Assembly: GCA_035221665.1 (NCBI GenBank)
Contig: CM069134.1
Coordinates: 88,474,001-88,538,000, forward strand
Reading direction: 5' to 3'
DNA length: 64,000 bases
Source of the DNA: Okamejei kenojei
Taxonomy: Eukaryota
The position numbers and the translations under genes are program-made. Each line of letters starts with the position of its first letter. Positions within the stretch are counted from its first letter, which is position 1. This document shows positions 1 through 13,310 of the stretch, piece by piece. The notes under the pieces were generated by a model that saw only the letters and a list, made by a program, of their open reading frames with translations, ran no database searches and had not been told where the DNA came from.

Positions 1-160
1 GCTGAGGATGTATTCCTGATCTCCTAACCTACCTCATTGCAGCCTTTACACTTTTTTCTCTGCACTTACCATGTAGCTGCTACGCTATATTTAGCACCGT
101 GATATTTTACTCTTTGCATTACCTGTTGTACCCATGTATAGCTTTATTGTAACCATGTAG

Positions 161-325
161 ACATAGAAACATAGAAAATAGGTGCAGGAGGAGGCCATTC
201 GGCCCTTCGAGTCAGCACCGCCATTCATTGTGATCATGGCTGATCGTCCCTTTTCAATAACCCGTGCCTGCCTTCTCCCCATATTGCTGAACTCCACTAG
301 CCCCTAGAGCTCTATCTAACTATCT
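161..325 (-). mobile_element. CR1/HER1-like LINE 3' tail fragment
   Basis: (ACATAGAA)n tail followed by ggtgcaggaggaggccattcggcccttcga...; the same tail is attached to CR1 RT-coding sequence at 25955, 30290, 37755 and 52518. Confidence 0.8.
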
Positions 326-699
326 GACGTAGTATGATTTGACTGGATAGTTTTTTACTATATCATGGTACACACAACACACTGTAAATAAACTACTACC
401 AATACCAACATCATCCCATTCAGTTCAGGGACAATTACTGTTGAACAATAAAAAGGCTATAACTTTTGATCATTAAAAATATACATACAAAAATATCTGC
501 TCAATGGGATTATTGTATTCAGTTTTTCTGTAAAATATTGAAAGTTAGAGAGATTATGAACTTACTTGGTCAGATCTCAAAGAATGAGGTGGTTTAGGTA
601 CTCTGTTGACATTCTGTTCCATCATTGGAATCAAATATCAAGACAGGACCACAAATACTGCGTGATTGTAATTACTTTACAGTGGCTTATAAAATCATG

Positions 700-1050
700 A
701 CGTACATAATAAGGTGAATGGTCATAGACCTTTTCCCAAGTTAAAAAAAGTCTAAAGCTAAAACAAATATATTTAAGGTGTTAGAGGAAAAAAATAATAG
801 GGGACCAAGGGGTAATGTTTTTACAGAGGAGTTGGTAGGTAAGTAGAACAAGCTGCCAGAGAAGATGGGAGAGGTGGGTACAAATACACCATTTAAATGA
901 CATTTGGACATGGATAGGAAAGGTTCATTAGGATCTGGGACAAACTCAGACAAATAACACAATGTCAGTTAGGCAACTTGGTCGTCATGGATGAATTGTG
1001 CTGAATGGCCTGTTTTATGCTGCATGATCCTATGACTCTGACTCCAACTT
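700..1050 (+). mobile_element. Old degenerate CR1 LINE 3' fragment
   Basis: Decayed similarity to the CR1 ORF2 C-terminus and 3'UTR (ttttacagaggagttggtagg..., ggcctgttttatgctgcatgatcctatgactct tail). Confidence 0.55.
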
Positions 1051-1879
1051 AACATTTTGAATTTCAGTGATAACAAAGAGTAGACTCTGCTTGCAGCATG
1101 ATTGACATAAAGACATTTAAAGTTACCCAGGGCAGGAGTGGGTGATATCGATATATAGTCATACCATATGAATCTTAAGGGATTGTGCTTTTCAATAAAA
1201 AAAATAATGGTCCTAAACTGTTCAGTTTCAAAGAAATAACTCCAGCTTGGGGACATTATTATCACTTAAGACACCGATGATTTAAAACAGAGTATGTAGA
1301 CTTTTTTTCACACAAAGGGTGTTGAATCACTGAAATGCTCGAGCCCAGCGATTGAAATGACCAGTATTGATCAGCCATGATCACGATGAGCGATTACTTG
1401 AAGAAGCCGCCAGCCCGCATGCGCGTCAATCTTCAAAGCAGCGGTGTAAAATCACAGATAACAGTTCTTGACCTGAATATAGTAAGATTGGAGAGAACTT
1501 GAGAACTACCAGATGACCTTTATGATATGAGGGTTGGGAGCAGTGGGCACGTAGTCGCTCATCGTAACTCCTCATAAAATAAAGATCAAACTTCAAACTG
1601 GTAGGTTCTCGTTTAATCTTACTATTTCATTTCAGAGTCACGTGAGTGAAGACTTCAAAGCTCTGATTGAAGTGATTCCGTGAAGACTTCAAAGCTCTGT
1701 GATTTCATTCCGGGTATGAGTCCAGGCATCACACACTGCATCAATTGACCATGGATGAGTGAAAAAGATTAATGCATTCAGCCATGACATAGTTTGTTAA
1801 AAATGCTGATGCTTTAATCATCAAAGGAGAATAATAGTGACCGCTTCCATCCTGGGGGAAACTATGAAACAAATCATAA

Positions 1880-2790
1880 ATGGAATTTGGCAAATACCCC
1901 CAGTCTGGCAATGGGTTATTATAAAACGTTGGAAATTTCATTTGCTTGACCATCCTGCAGCCGCTAGGGTGTGGTCCAGTGGAACGTACATGACCCTTGC
2001 TGCTAATGTAGTAGCAGCCCTAGTGGAGTGAGACAGAAGATATAGTATCTACTCCAGCATAAGCCTAAACCCTGTTTGACCACCTAGAGATGGTCTGGAT
2101 AGATACCTTTTATGAGGTTTTTAGTAACTAACAACCATTGCTAGTACAGATCCTCCAAGGCTCTTGGAGACCTTGACGTATTGTTGTAAATGAGTGACTA
2201 CAGACAGCCAAAGGTCCATGGGGTATGCCATGAGAAATAGTTTGGGACCTGACACCCCTGGTCTGCTCTGCTGAACTACATCAGAAACATAAAATATTAT
2301 ATTATTAGCAGATGTAACCATCCTGTCCAGTCACAATATAAGTAGTGGCTGGACCAGTTGCGCTGAGACTAGCACCATGAGCATAAACACTTTGTAAGTG
2401 AGTTTGACCAGGGATAGAGATGTAGCTGGGCCCTACTGGCGAAGCAGTTTAAGAACAATGCTAACATCCCATATCTCCGAGTACCTGGGCCTGGGAGAAT
2501 TATGTTAAAGATATCCTTATAAATCTGGATATCAGAGAGTGAGACCCGACAGAGTGGGTCCTGATCGCTGCAGCAACTATGATGAGAAAGCACGTTGGCA
2601 CAGTTAATGGTACTATATCTTAATTGATTGTCAAAGACCCATCTGAAATGAACTCCGAGACGTTAGTTGTCCGTGCCGTATTATATGGAACATTGGCATT
2701 AAAACACTTCCCATTTCCTGATGAGGAAAAATGTGCTGCTTTCTCGGTGCTATCCCTGCATTCTACAGTGAGCACGTACATGGATCGGTC
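1880..2790 (-). pseudogene. DIRS tyrosine recombinase, frameshifted
   Basis: Manual translation of the reverse complement gives LSHSTRAATTLAA (~2000-2040) and VPLDHTLAAAGW (~1950-1990), the catalytic H-x-x-R and W motifs of DIRS recombinases. Confidence 0.8.
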
Positions 2791-2792
2791 TG

Positions 2793-3170
2793 TCAACCCG
2801 TGCCGCCGAATGGTCTTCTCAGAGAATCCAAGTCTATAATTGATTTTATTATGCAGAGGATGGTTTCCTCAGTCACGGGGTGAACCACCAAATTTTTGTG
2901 TTTAGGACAACCATATAAAGTCCTATAATCATCCCCAACATTTAGCAGGAACAATGCCTGCATAGGCCAGTCAGGCAGTACGATATGCCTGAGGTCGAGA
3001 TCTTGCTGGTTTTTGTGCAAGACACGACTGATGAGGCAAACTGGAGGAAAGACGCTACATTCCTCCTCGGTGTAGCGAGAATACATCTATTGCCACTGTG
3101 TCACATATTTTTGCAATGGTAATAGAGCCTGGATGCAAACATATTGATATTCGGTGTTCCATCGAACCAC
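2793..3170 (-). pseudogene. DIRS N6-adenine methyltransferase (Dam-like) domain, degenerate
   Basis: ORF 2793..3086 has VFPPVCLISRVLHK...IVLPDWPMQ; upstream PNINMFASRL resembles the DLFAS motif of DIRS MT domains. Confidence 0.75.
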
Positions 3171-4077
3171 AATGTCCTTAAATATGTTGTGATACAACAT
3201 CTATACTGTGTTGTCATAGATTTTTACGTGATGATACACCAGCGTCAAATGCCCCAACGATGGTGTATCAACTTGGAGTTGAGCATGCAAAGCCCATCCG
3301 CCTCCGTTACTAGAGATGGTATTCGTAATTTTTCATCTTTGAGTACTAGTATCAGTTTGTAATATAACTGAAGAGTTACTGAGCAAAAGTACAGGAGCAA
3401 TGTAGAATACATCATTGTGACTTTGATAGCTTCCGCTGGTAATAGGAATATAACGACCTACATGGCACTGAAAATGCAAAAGTCCAAATGCACAGCTGAA
3501 ACCTCAGCCACTATATTGCCAATACTCTTGATGAATAGAGGCTGCTTCATAACAACAAGGTTGTTTAGAGGTTTTTACAAGTGTTTCCAACTTGTAAATG
3601 GTCCACATACCCTATGCTTCGGAAAGAACCAGACCAACCTACCTTCATGGTTACTGGTCGTCTTATGGTAAGCCCAAAGGCCCCTCATGCGGGTTCTATT
3701 TTCGTCCTTGATTGGAGCGGACTGGTAGGGTACGTGGATTCCATATTCTTCCTGAGACCGGCTTGGGCCTTGGCCTAAAGCCCTCTGCCCAGCTTGCTGG
3801 CTGCCACCAGCTTCAGTGATCCGCTTGCTGCCGATGGAGGTGTGGGGTGTATTGTCTCCGAAACGATGAAGCTGTACTTGTAGTTCAACAGCTTTAGCTC
3901 CCTCATGCAGGTCTCACCTGTTGAATAGGTTTTACCTGAATAGCAGATTCGGCGGCCGGTTTACTGGGGTACCATGCCCCTCCAACGTCACCCCTGATAG
4001 CGCTGTGCACTGCCGGCACTTTCAGGAACTCCAGTATGTGCCACGGACATACTTCCGAGTTTGGAGTCAGTTACTCA

Positions 4078-4337
4078 CTGACCCTGACTGCTCCCCTGCT
4101 CAGAGAGGAAGACAGTGTGCAGCTCTGTACACAGGTGCTGTTGCCGCAGGCCCCGAGGAGACCTGCACTGATGTGGCCCCTCCATGGATCATATCCTTCG
4201 TGCCTCGTGGTATGCTCCCGGCAATACCTCCGAACTCCGAGTCAGATAGAACTGACCCCGACTGCTCCCATCCTCAGAGAGGGAGACAGTGTGCAGCCCT
4301 GTACACAGGTGCTGTTGCCTCGGGCCCCGCAGAGACA
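4078..4337. repeat. ~85-bp direct repeat (2 copies, ~174 bp apart) in the DIRS gag region
   Basis: ctgaccctgactgctcccct...ggccccgaggagac and ctgaccccgactgctcccat...ggccccgcagagac. Confidence 0.85.
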
Positions 4338-5149
4338 CGCGGTGATATAACTCCCTCCTTGGAGCATACCATTGTGGAGCACCTCTCCATTAGGTGCTCC
4401 ATGTGGGTTTGACGTCCGAAGAACGTTACCCATTGAAGGAGGGGATCCTCTCCATCAGGAATCCTCCGGGCCCGACTCGTTTGAGTCAATGGGCCTTACG
4501 GACTTTCTCCGTGGCTGACCTCCAAGTGGGTTTGCCAAGGTGCTGCTGGCACCAGTCTGAAGCCACTGGTTCCACCTCCAGGAACTCTAAAGGCGAATTT
4601 GATGGCCGCCACTACCCGCACTTCCGTGGTCTCCGTTTAAGGGTCCCCTGCGGTCCGTGGCCGGGATTCCCCGAGGTCGTGACCGGGATTCCCCACGGTC
4701 CGTGACTGGGACGCAGTCCATAAAGGCTTCCCCGCGGCCCGTCCCGACTTTGCACCAAAAATCCAGCAGGAAATTCTGTAAGAAGAGATTCCTGCAATGG
4801 AAGCCTAACCTGAAAAGTTTAAAAACTTACCTTCAGGTTTAAACTTACCGCTGGCAGGAGCAGCACGCCTGCCAGTCAGCGTTGCGCCATGCGTCGACGC
4901 ATGCGGGCTGGCGGCTTCTTCACGGAATCACTTACGTGACTCCGAAATGAGAAAACAGGGCTTAAGTTGTCAAATGGTCTACTGCTACTTTCTTATGTTG
5001 ATGACACAATTAAGAAAATGCAGGGAGAAGTTCCAAAGTCTTTAGAATAATGAGTTTGAATAACAGAAACTGAGATAAAAAACAAATATCCCATCTCCCT
5101 CCCACAGATACATTCCCCAGCAAACATAGGAGGTAAAACATCTGTCCCT

Positions 5150-5955
5150 ATACCTCCATTCTCACCATCATCTAGGGACTTAAACAGGCAGAAATTAATT
5201 TGTACCTCCTCTGACCTCATCTATATCATCAGATGCACTTGACGTCGCCTCCTCTAGTTCAGTGGGATCCAACATAGACTCGACCACTGCTTTACCAAGC
5301 ACCTGTACTTTGACCACCATGGCCACGTGTAGATCCCATTTCAACTACCCATTCCACTCCCACACTGACCTGTCTACATCTGGCATCTTCCATTGCCCGG
5401 GTAAGGCCAAAGGAATAGCACTTCATATTCTGCCTCAGTAGACTACAACCCAATGGCATGAACATTGTATTCTCTCATTTCAGGCAATTTCCTTCCTTGC
5501 AGTCTCTCTATCCATGTAGATCCTTCCACCCGTACACCTCTCATGCACCTTTTCTTCAGCCAATTCATCTACCATCACCCACACCCTCATCCCATTGGGC
5601 TCCTTTGCTCCATTGTTCCATTTCCTAACCCAACTCCTTAATTTGGTCATATGCTTCATATTCCCATAAGATTCCATCATGTGCATCCCCTATTTACCTC
5701 CACAAATCTCATCTCAGGCTCTGTCATCTCCATTACTCTTTCCCCCCACCTGACTCTATCCACCTATTCGCCCTTTCTCACCTAGATCTACCTATTGGCT
5801 CTTGTTTCACCTTCTTACTTCTTTATACTGCCTATCTCCCCTTCATTCTTTCAGTCTGAAGTAGTCTCAACCCAAAACATGGACTGCCCATTTCCCTCCA
5901 CGGATGCTGTTTAACCCACTGAAGATCAAGCGACCAGTCTCTGCTGTCTTTTGTG
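5150..5955 (+). mobile_element. Old Penelope-like element 3' fragment (GIY-YIG remnant and tail)
   Basis: Decayed homology to 44950-45630 (tgtacctcctctgacctcatctat..., catttcaact...cattccactcccacactgacctgtct) and a ctgaa...cccaaaacat tail. Confidence 0.7.
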
Positions 5956-8741
5956 TCATTTATCACACACTCATCATCACTGTAAGTTTATCAATGCCAT
6001 GAAACAAGCAAACTGTCTGTTGTGATCTCATCGCCAGGAGACCTTGTTCTGCCCCATAGTCTCATTTCCTGAGTCTTCAACAGATATTGAGCTTTCTTCT
6101 TCTTATGTGGTTGCGTGCTTGCATAAATTGATGTTCGTTTATTTCACAAGAGCACCTCTCCCTCAAAAAGTACTGCACTCGCTGTTAAATGCTTGGGAAC
6201 ATCCTGAAGTTGTGGCAGGTGCGACAGAAATGCCAAATATTATTGCTTTCACTTTCTCGCTCATTTGTAGAAACATTACTGCTCAGTGCCATGAATTATT
6301 AGGCTATTAAAAATCAGATTATCCCCTAAACTACTCCAAAGTTAGTTAAAATAAATTGAATTCAAAGAAATTGTTGCAACAAGCGATCATATAAATTTGG
6401 TCACTGTGCTTCAAGCCACGAATAACAGCCATTCACCCACCACCCATCATGTTGATGGGAAATAGAACATATCCATCTACCTGAAAAAAAAAAACATACA
6501 GGACTGAGCCAAGTCCAAGGTGATTGAATTTAGGTATTTATCATAGCTGGTCACTTTGAATTCAGCACCTGGTTTGGCATCTTGTTATCACCTAATTGCA
6601 TGTGTGACATTTGTAATGAAGATGCTTATGAAGCTTAAACCAAATATGTTAGGTGAGTATGTAGGGCCTGCATTAAACGGACCATGATTTGACAATTAAT
6701 TTTAAATTATATCTCAAACTGGAAAACCCATTCTAAACTGTTGAAGACAAGCTAAAACATAATTAATCCCAATCTCGACCAAGATCCAGCTGTGCAATTA
6801 AACAACAAAGGGATATTTCTTTTACATGTGGAATCAGAAAAGAAGCATTTACCACAGCTTTGAAGACAAAGAATTCTAATTAATCCTCCGAATTTACCGC
6901 ACAATAAGCTTTATCCCCCCCACCCCATTTTATAACAATTTAAAGGTGATAAATGTGGTAGGATGAGCCTGGTGGTAGATTTTCAAGAAGAGTACCCAAC
7001 ACTCCAGTTAATGGATTTATCAAATACCTTATTTCATGCTCACTGCATTTGATTTATGAATTTTGATCTTCAAGACAAGGGTCCCATGAGTATTGAGTGT
7101 GCGACATGTCAGAGTAACAGAAGTTAATTTCTTTGGTACATTCAGATGCCTCTGAATCACTGACAGGGCTGTCTGCAAGGAATGGGCTGTCGGGGAGTTG
7201 GAGTGGCACCAGTCACAGCAGGGAGGCCCTTCCTCTCCCTGAACTCAGCAACATGATGTTATGACATGCAAAATCTTGTCGGGAAATTGTAACACACACT
7301 TCTTTTGTGAGACTTGCATTTTTTTTAATGTATCAGAGAGGCAATTTTGCATCTGATAAGGTTTGGATACCGTTCAAAGGAGGGAGACAATGGCCCTTTG
7401 AGAGCTGGTCTTTTTGATTTCAAAGCATCTCAGAGGATAATGGCATGTCATCCAGACTTTTTTACCCATTGATTAGGGTCAGTTTGCTTCCTATTGATTG
7501 TTTTTTTTTTGCAGATGATCATTTTACGAACTAGACTAATTATAATTTTAGCTGAAATTGACTATTTTGAGGGGTTTTTTTTAATCACTTTTTTCCCCAA
7601 GAGTTAGTTACTATTATTCTGCAAAGAATAATAGTAAAATTAAATGAGAACTTACCAGTTTGAAGTTTGATCCTTATTTTATGAGGAGTTACAATGAGGG
7701 ATTACGTGAAGACCCTGTCAGCACGCATGCGCGACATTCTTCAAAGCAGCGTAACTGGTAAGTTCTAACTGGTAAGTTCTCGTTTAATCCTACTATTTTA
7801 CTTCGGAGTCACGTGAGTGACTATGGGAAGACGTCAAAGCTCTGTGATTTCATGCCCTGGAGACGAGTCCATGCTCACACACTGCCATAATAACCAATGG
7901 ACGAAGTATGTTAACGTATTTCAGACTTGAACAGTGCTGAAAGAAAAAGTATTATTTAACAATAATAATAATAACCCCTAACTTTGGGGAAAATTATAAT
8001 ACAGAACTTAAAATAGTGTCTGCAAATATCTCAGGCGTGGCCACAGGTTTGTTATAACCGCTGGAAGTTGTTTCGTTAGACCAACCCGCTGTTGCAAGGG
8101 TGTGGCCCATAGGAACTTCCATCATCCTCGCTGCACGATGTAGCTGCAGCCCTGGTAGAATGAGATTTAAAATATCAGTGTCCACCCCTGCTGCACCTAA
8201 CACCACCCTGGTGGATATGGTCTGTACGGTACTCTGTGATGAGGACATTTGAACTGATCAATAGAGCCATTTCCGTTCCCCTGAGACTTTTGGTGACATC
8301 CAGTTAATGTAGAAGGTGGGTCACTATGCATAGGCGTCTATCTACGGGATAAGCCAGGAACTCCAATTTGAGGCCAGATGACCCAGGCCTGTTTTGTTTA
8401 AGTAACTCATAAATGTGAAAGGTTACCTTATTTTGGGATGTTACCATGGCGTCTAGTCTAGTTTGTGCAGAGACTGGACCCGCTGCACCGTTACAAGTGT
8501 CATCAGCATCACTATTTTATACGTGTTAGTGAGAGGGACGTGGCTGGTGCCCAATCTCTGAATAGGGTCAGGACAATGCCAATATCCCAGGTCTGGGAAT
8601 ATTGAGGCCTGGGGGAATTTGAGTTAAAATCCCCTCATGTGTGTTTTTTTTAATTAATAGTTTTTTATTGGAGGGAAAAAAAACAAATTCACAGTACATC
8701 TGATGTATAGCATTACATTTTCCTCCATTTTGTTTTTTTAT

Positions 8742-8742
8742 A

Positions 8743-8818
<76 letters not shown>
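8742..8818. repeat. (TAA)n microsatellite in the L1 3'UTR
   Basis: About 25 perfect AAT units. Confidence 0.97.
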
Positions 8819-9065
8819 TAAACAAAATAACCCTAACCCACCCTCCCTAAACGCCCCTTGGCAGCTTATTTTTTCACAATCCAAATATATCACAAAATCA
8901 AATGCACTTTTTAACAATAATAAAGTAACAAAACAGAATAAAGGCAGATCCCCACTTAATGTCAAGTGCCCTCAGTCAACAAGTAGTTCCTTTAGACCCT
9001 CAAAGTATGATAAAAAGGGTTCCCATTTCAAATAAAACTTTTTCACAGACCCCCTCAATGTGAAT

Positions 9066-11455
9066 TTAATCTTTTCTACCTTTAAAAAAAAACATGACGT
9101 CTTCCAGCCAAGCAGCGGCAGATGGAGGAGTGTTAGATTTCCAGACCAGCAAGATTCTCCTACGGGCCAAAAGTGATGTAAATGTAATGATATCAGACTG
9201 GGTTGTATTTAAACCCAAGGTTTTATCTGCTACACCAAATACTGCTACAAGCGGGCAAGGTCTCACTGTCATCCCAAGGACTTCACTGATGGCTTTAAAA
9301 AACACTGTCCAGTAGTTAACAAGTTTGGGGCAAGACCAGAATGCATGAGCTAGATTGGCTGGAGAGAACGAGCACCTGTCACAGCCAGCATCCGTCCCTG
9401 GATATATGTTAGCAAGCCTGGCTTTGCTTAAATGAACCCTGTGTAAAACTTTAAATTGTATGAGCCCCAATCTAGCACATGATGACGAGGAGTGGACTTT
9501 TTTCAGCGCTTCTGTCCAGCATTCCTCAGACAGATCCATACCAAGGTCATCCTCCCACCTAGCTTTAACTTTTGTTCAGGTTTTTGATCTCCTAAATACA
9601 TCAATCGAGAATATACTGCAGAGATCAGTCCTTTATTTGCAAAGGTAAGAGTGAGTTTATCCAACACTGTGACAGGAGGGAGATCAGGAAAAGAAGGACA
9701 TTGTTTCATGACAAAGTGGCGAACCTGAAGATATTTAAAGAAATGATTATGTGGGAGGCCATGTTTTTTGTGCAGGTAGTCGAAACTATCAAATATGTTG
9801 TTAGTGTATAAATCCTTAATGGACATAAGACCATTCAAACCCCACTGTCGGAAGGTTGAGTCAAGTGTAGAGGGGAGGAATAAATGGTTACTGTGAATGG
9901 GACCCAGAACTGAAGCTGATGTAAGCTTATAATGGCAACAAAATTGGTTAAAAATGTTGATGGTTGATAGTACGACAGGGTTGGATGTAAATCTAGAGGG
10001 TTTCAATGGCAGGGAGGAATATACTAAAGCTGGGACAGACGAAAAGTAACAGGATTGTGATTCAAGCAGACACCAATCTGTATCTGGTCGGTGGAGCCAG
10101 AGTAATACCTTTTGGATATTGGATGCCCAGTAATAATTAATAAAGCTAGGAAGGCCCAGTCCACCTACTTCACGATCTCTTTGGAGAGTACACTTATTGA
10201 CCCTTGGAACCTTGTTACCCCATGTAAAGGAGGTTATAGATTGGTTAACTGAGTTAAAAAAATGACTTGGGTAGGAAAACCGGCAAACATTGGAACAAGT
10301 AAAGAAATCTGGGAAGTACAGTCATCTTCACTGACTGCACTCTCCCAGCCATAGTGAGTGGCAGACTACGCCATCTCTCAAAGTCAGCCTTCATTTGGCT
10401 AACTTGAGGCATGTAGTTAGCTGTAAACAGGGATGTGAAAAAGCGGGTGATGTGTATTCCTAAATATACAAACCCTTCTTGAGATATGGGAAAGGGTAGG
10501 GTTTCCTGTTGGATCTGTAGGGCTAAGTTGATGGGAAAGCATTTGCTTTTTTGGAGGTTTAGTTTATAGCCAGAAAAAGTCCCAAACTGATCCAACAAGG
10601 ACACAATTGCAGGGCTACTGGCTATAGGGTCGCTCACATAAAGAAGGAGGTCATCAGCATATAGAGACACACAATGTTCCCTGTTTCCTCTCCTAATGCC
10701 AAGCAAAAGGGGGTTGAATTTCCAAAGAGGTTGTTCTTTAATATTTGAAGGAAAGCCTAGGTCCAGTATCACAGGTGAGTGTTCTGATATTTCTATAGCA
10801 GTATATTCAATTTTCTTAACCCTAGGAATGAAGGGGCTATCCATAAAAAATAGTCTATTCTGGTAAAAGAATGGTGAACATGAGAAAAAAAAGAAAATTG
10901 TCTAGCAGTTGGATTCAGAAATCCCCAGGGGTCAACATAACCATTTTGTTGCATAAACAGTGAGAAGGTCTTTGCCATACCAGAAGGTGTCCCCTTAGAA
11001 CTAGACCTATCAAGCAGTGGATTAATAGCACAGTTCAGGTCTCCCGAAAAAATTAACTGGTGCTTGTTCAGATCGGGTATTAATGACAGAACCTTATTTG
11101 CAAAGTGAACATCATCCCAATTAGGGGCATAAACATTCACTAAAAGGACAGGTTTTTGAAAAAGACACCCGGAAACTATAATAAACCGACCATTAGGGTC
11201 ACTGACTACGTCAGACGGTGTAAACTGTATTCTTTTGTTGATTAATATTGTCACACCCTTGGACCTACTATTAAATCTGGAGTGAAAAATCTGACTAACC
11301 CACGTTTTATGCAGTCTGTTATGATCTTGCAGTCTTAAGTGAGTCTCTTGTAAAAGTAGTATATTTGTTTTTATTTGTTTTAGGTGAGAAAAAACTTTAG
11401 CTCTTTTAAACTGGACCATTAAACCCCTTTACATTCCAAGATATAAACCTCACAG
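9066..11455 (-). pseudogene. L1 ORF2 (APE endonuclease-RT) pseudogene
   Basis: Endonuclease motifs LLQETH, NVYAPN, GDLN, TRIDYF (10793..11419). RT motif SLYADDLL and YLGI (10254..10844). C-terminal CDRC...HAFWSC (9066..9539). Broken by frameshifts. Confidence 0.9.
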
Positions 11456-11752
11456 GATTGCCGCCATCAATATCACCATTAGCCATATTTCAAAATATGA
11501 TTAAAAAAAAATACATACAGCGTCTGCCATCCAAAACCATGCGAAGGCTGCATGTGAGAGCCCACAATGGGGGGAAGAGAAAAACAAAAAGAGAAGAGAA
11601 AAAAAAAGCAACAAAAAAAAGAAAATAGAGTGCATTTGTAAATCAAAGAATAAGCTGCCATTATCCCAACACCTTTTCCTCATCCCCTTATAATAACAAC
11701 AACAAAAATTAACCCCCAAAAACCTAGATCTTCTTCCCCGACTGAGGATGAT

Positions 11753-12082
11753 ATAACCATATAACCATATAACAATTACAGCACGGAAACAGGCCCTCTC
11801 GGCCCTTCCAGTCCGTGCCAACCATTTGTTTTCCCCTAGTCCCATCTACCTGCACTCAGACCATACCCTCCATTCCCTTCACGTCCATATACCTATCCAC
11901 TTTACTCTTAAATGTTAAAAATTGATCCTGCCTCCACCACTTCTGCTGGAAGCTCATTCCACACAGCCACCACCCTCTGAGTAAAGAAGTTCCCCCTCAC
12001 GTTACCCCGAAACCTCTGTCCCTTAATTCTCATGTCATGCCCTCTTGTTTGAATCTTCCCTACCCTCAATGGGAAAAACGTA
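11753..12082 (-). mobile_element. Young CR1 3' fragment inserted in the L1 inter-ORF spacer
   Basis: (ATAACCAT)n tail; ORF 11908..12108 has TRGHDMRIKG...FFTQRVVAVWNELP; nearly identical to 33766-34095. Confidence 0.9.
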
Positions 12083-12453
12083 CAATGATCGCAGGCATTA
12101 CAAAACATAAAAACTTCCCAAGTGCTCCCTAACTAAAATGTTGATCCAATTGAGGGTGGCTCCCTTCTTTAAAAGTTGTACAGTCATTTATTCTACTTTT
12201 AAGATATATAGGCTAAAGATAACCCCAGACCAGCAAAGCATTACAAGAAAGAAGGAAGTGAAAATTATATCCCTAATAGTAATCATAGACATTTACATTT
12301 TGCTGGCTAAAAGTCCTCGACTCACTACCCCAAATATGTAGCATTGTAGTTCAACTCAGTCAAATTCCACAAATTAAACTGAAGAATAAACAAATCTTCC
12401 AAAGATCCCCGCCACAGGAGGCCGTGCCAATACCGCATGGATATCCTTAAAGG

Positions 12454-13310
12454 TCATTGTTCTTCACGGCTGTCACCTCCCCAGCGCGAATAGTAAACCT
12501 TTTTGGCAGTCTCTGGTGTATTGAAATAGTACTTTTTACCTTCATGAGTGACCTGGAGCCGGGCAGGATACTGGAGACCAAACCAAACCTCTTTATTGTA
12601 AAGCAGGGATTTTATTTCCCTAAAAGTTGCACCTTTTCTCCCCAGCTCCACGCTGAAGTCCTCATAGAAAAACACCCGGTGCCCTCGGAAGAACAGCTCC
12701 TGCCTCCGTTTGGTGATGATATGATATTTATCCTGGAAGTAATGAAAGAGAACCAGGAACACTCTTGGCTTAGATGGCTTGATATTCGGGACGTCTGTTG
12801 GTGTAGGTCCAATTCAGTGGGCACGCGAAAGCATAAGAGGTCTTGGGAAGAAATCTGCCCCCAGCACTTCTTCAAAAAACTCAGTTTTCAATTTAACAGG
12901 GTCGAGCCTTCCATCTTTTCAGGAATCCCGATCTCCGTGACCAGTTCTCGAGGTCATCTAACTTCATTTTCAGGAGTGTGTTTTCACTGTAATGCAGCTA
13001 TAGCAGTTTCGGCGCTCAACAGTCTGTCACTGTGGTCATTCACACCATCTTCAACCTCGCGAATGTGTTCATCATGCAATTCATAATAGGATTTAACTTG
13101 CTCCAGACTAGTGTACACTGGCGACAAAGTTCTCTTTTTTAGGACAGAGTTAAACTCTAATTGCTTGTGTCATATCAGCAAGGAGTGCTGAACGGAGCCT
13201 CTCCAAATCCTCTGGTAGTTCAAGGCCAGCTTCCGGGAGCGGTGCCAAAGCTGCAGTACTCTTGCTTGAGATTTCACTGTCTTTTCCCCCGGTTTTAATT
13301 CAACGGCTCA
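12454..13310 (-). pseudogene. L1 ORF1 (coiled-coil/RRM/CTD) pseudogene
   Basis: ORF 12454..12762 has FRGHRVFFYEDFS...FGLQYPARLQVTHEGKKYYFNTP, typical of the vertebrate L1 ORF1p C-terminal domain. Confidence 0.85.

Larger units (their letters stand above)
1383..4950 (-). mobile_element. DIRS1-like tyrosine-recombinase retrotransposon (degenerate, copy A)
   Basis: Inverted terminal repeats (gaagaagccgccagcccgcatgcg ~1399-1422 vs cgcatgcgggctggcggcttcttc ~4898-4921). Internal complementary region at ~1551-1650. Minus-strand YR motifs (SHSTRAA, LAAAGW) and a Dam-like FPP..LISRVL..DWP.Q motif. Left terminus is about 60 nt shorter than in copy B. Confidence 0.9.

Noticed and set aside
2793-3086. 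Adenine methyltransferase and phage-integrase-like motifs as evidence of bacterial or phage DNA
   Set aside because: Both are normal domains of DIRS1 retrotransposons and lie within the ITR-bounded element.
7146-7264. Possible terminal coding exon (ag|AT GCC TCT GAA...TGA)
   Set aside because: Weak polypyrimidine tract, no recognisable protein, no partner exons.
8568-8965. Poly-Leu and poly-Tyr ORFs
   Set aside because: Translations of the (TAA)n microsatellite.
12457-13086. 209-aa plus-strand ORF
   Set aside because: Antisense to L1 ORF1, with no recognisable domain.
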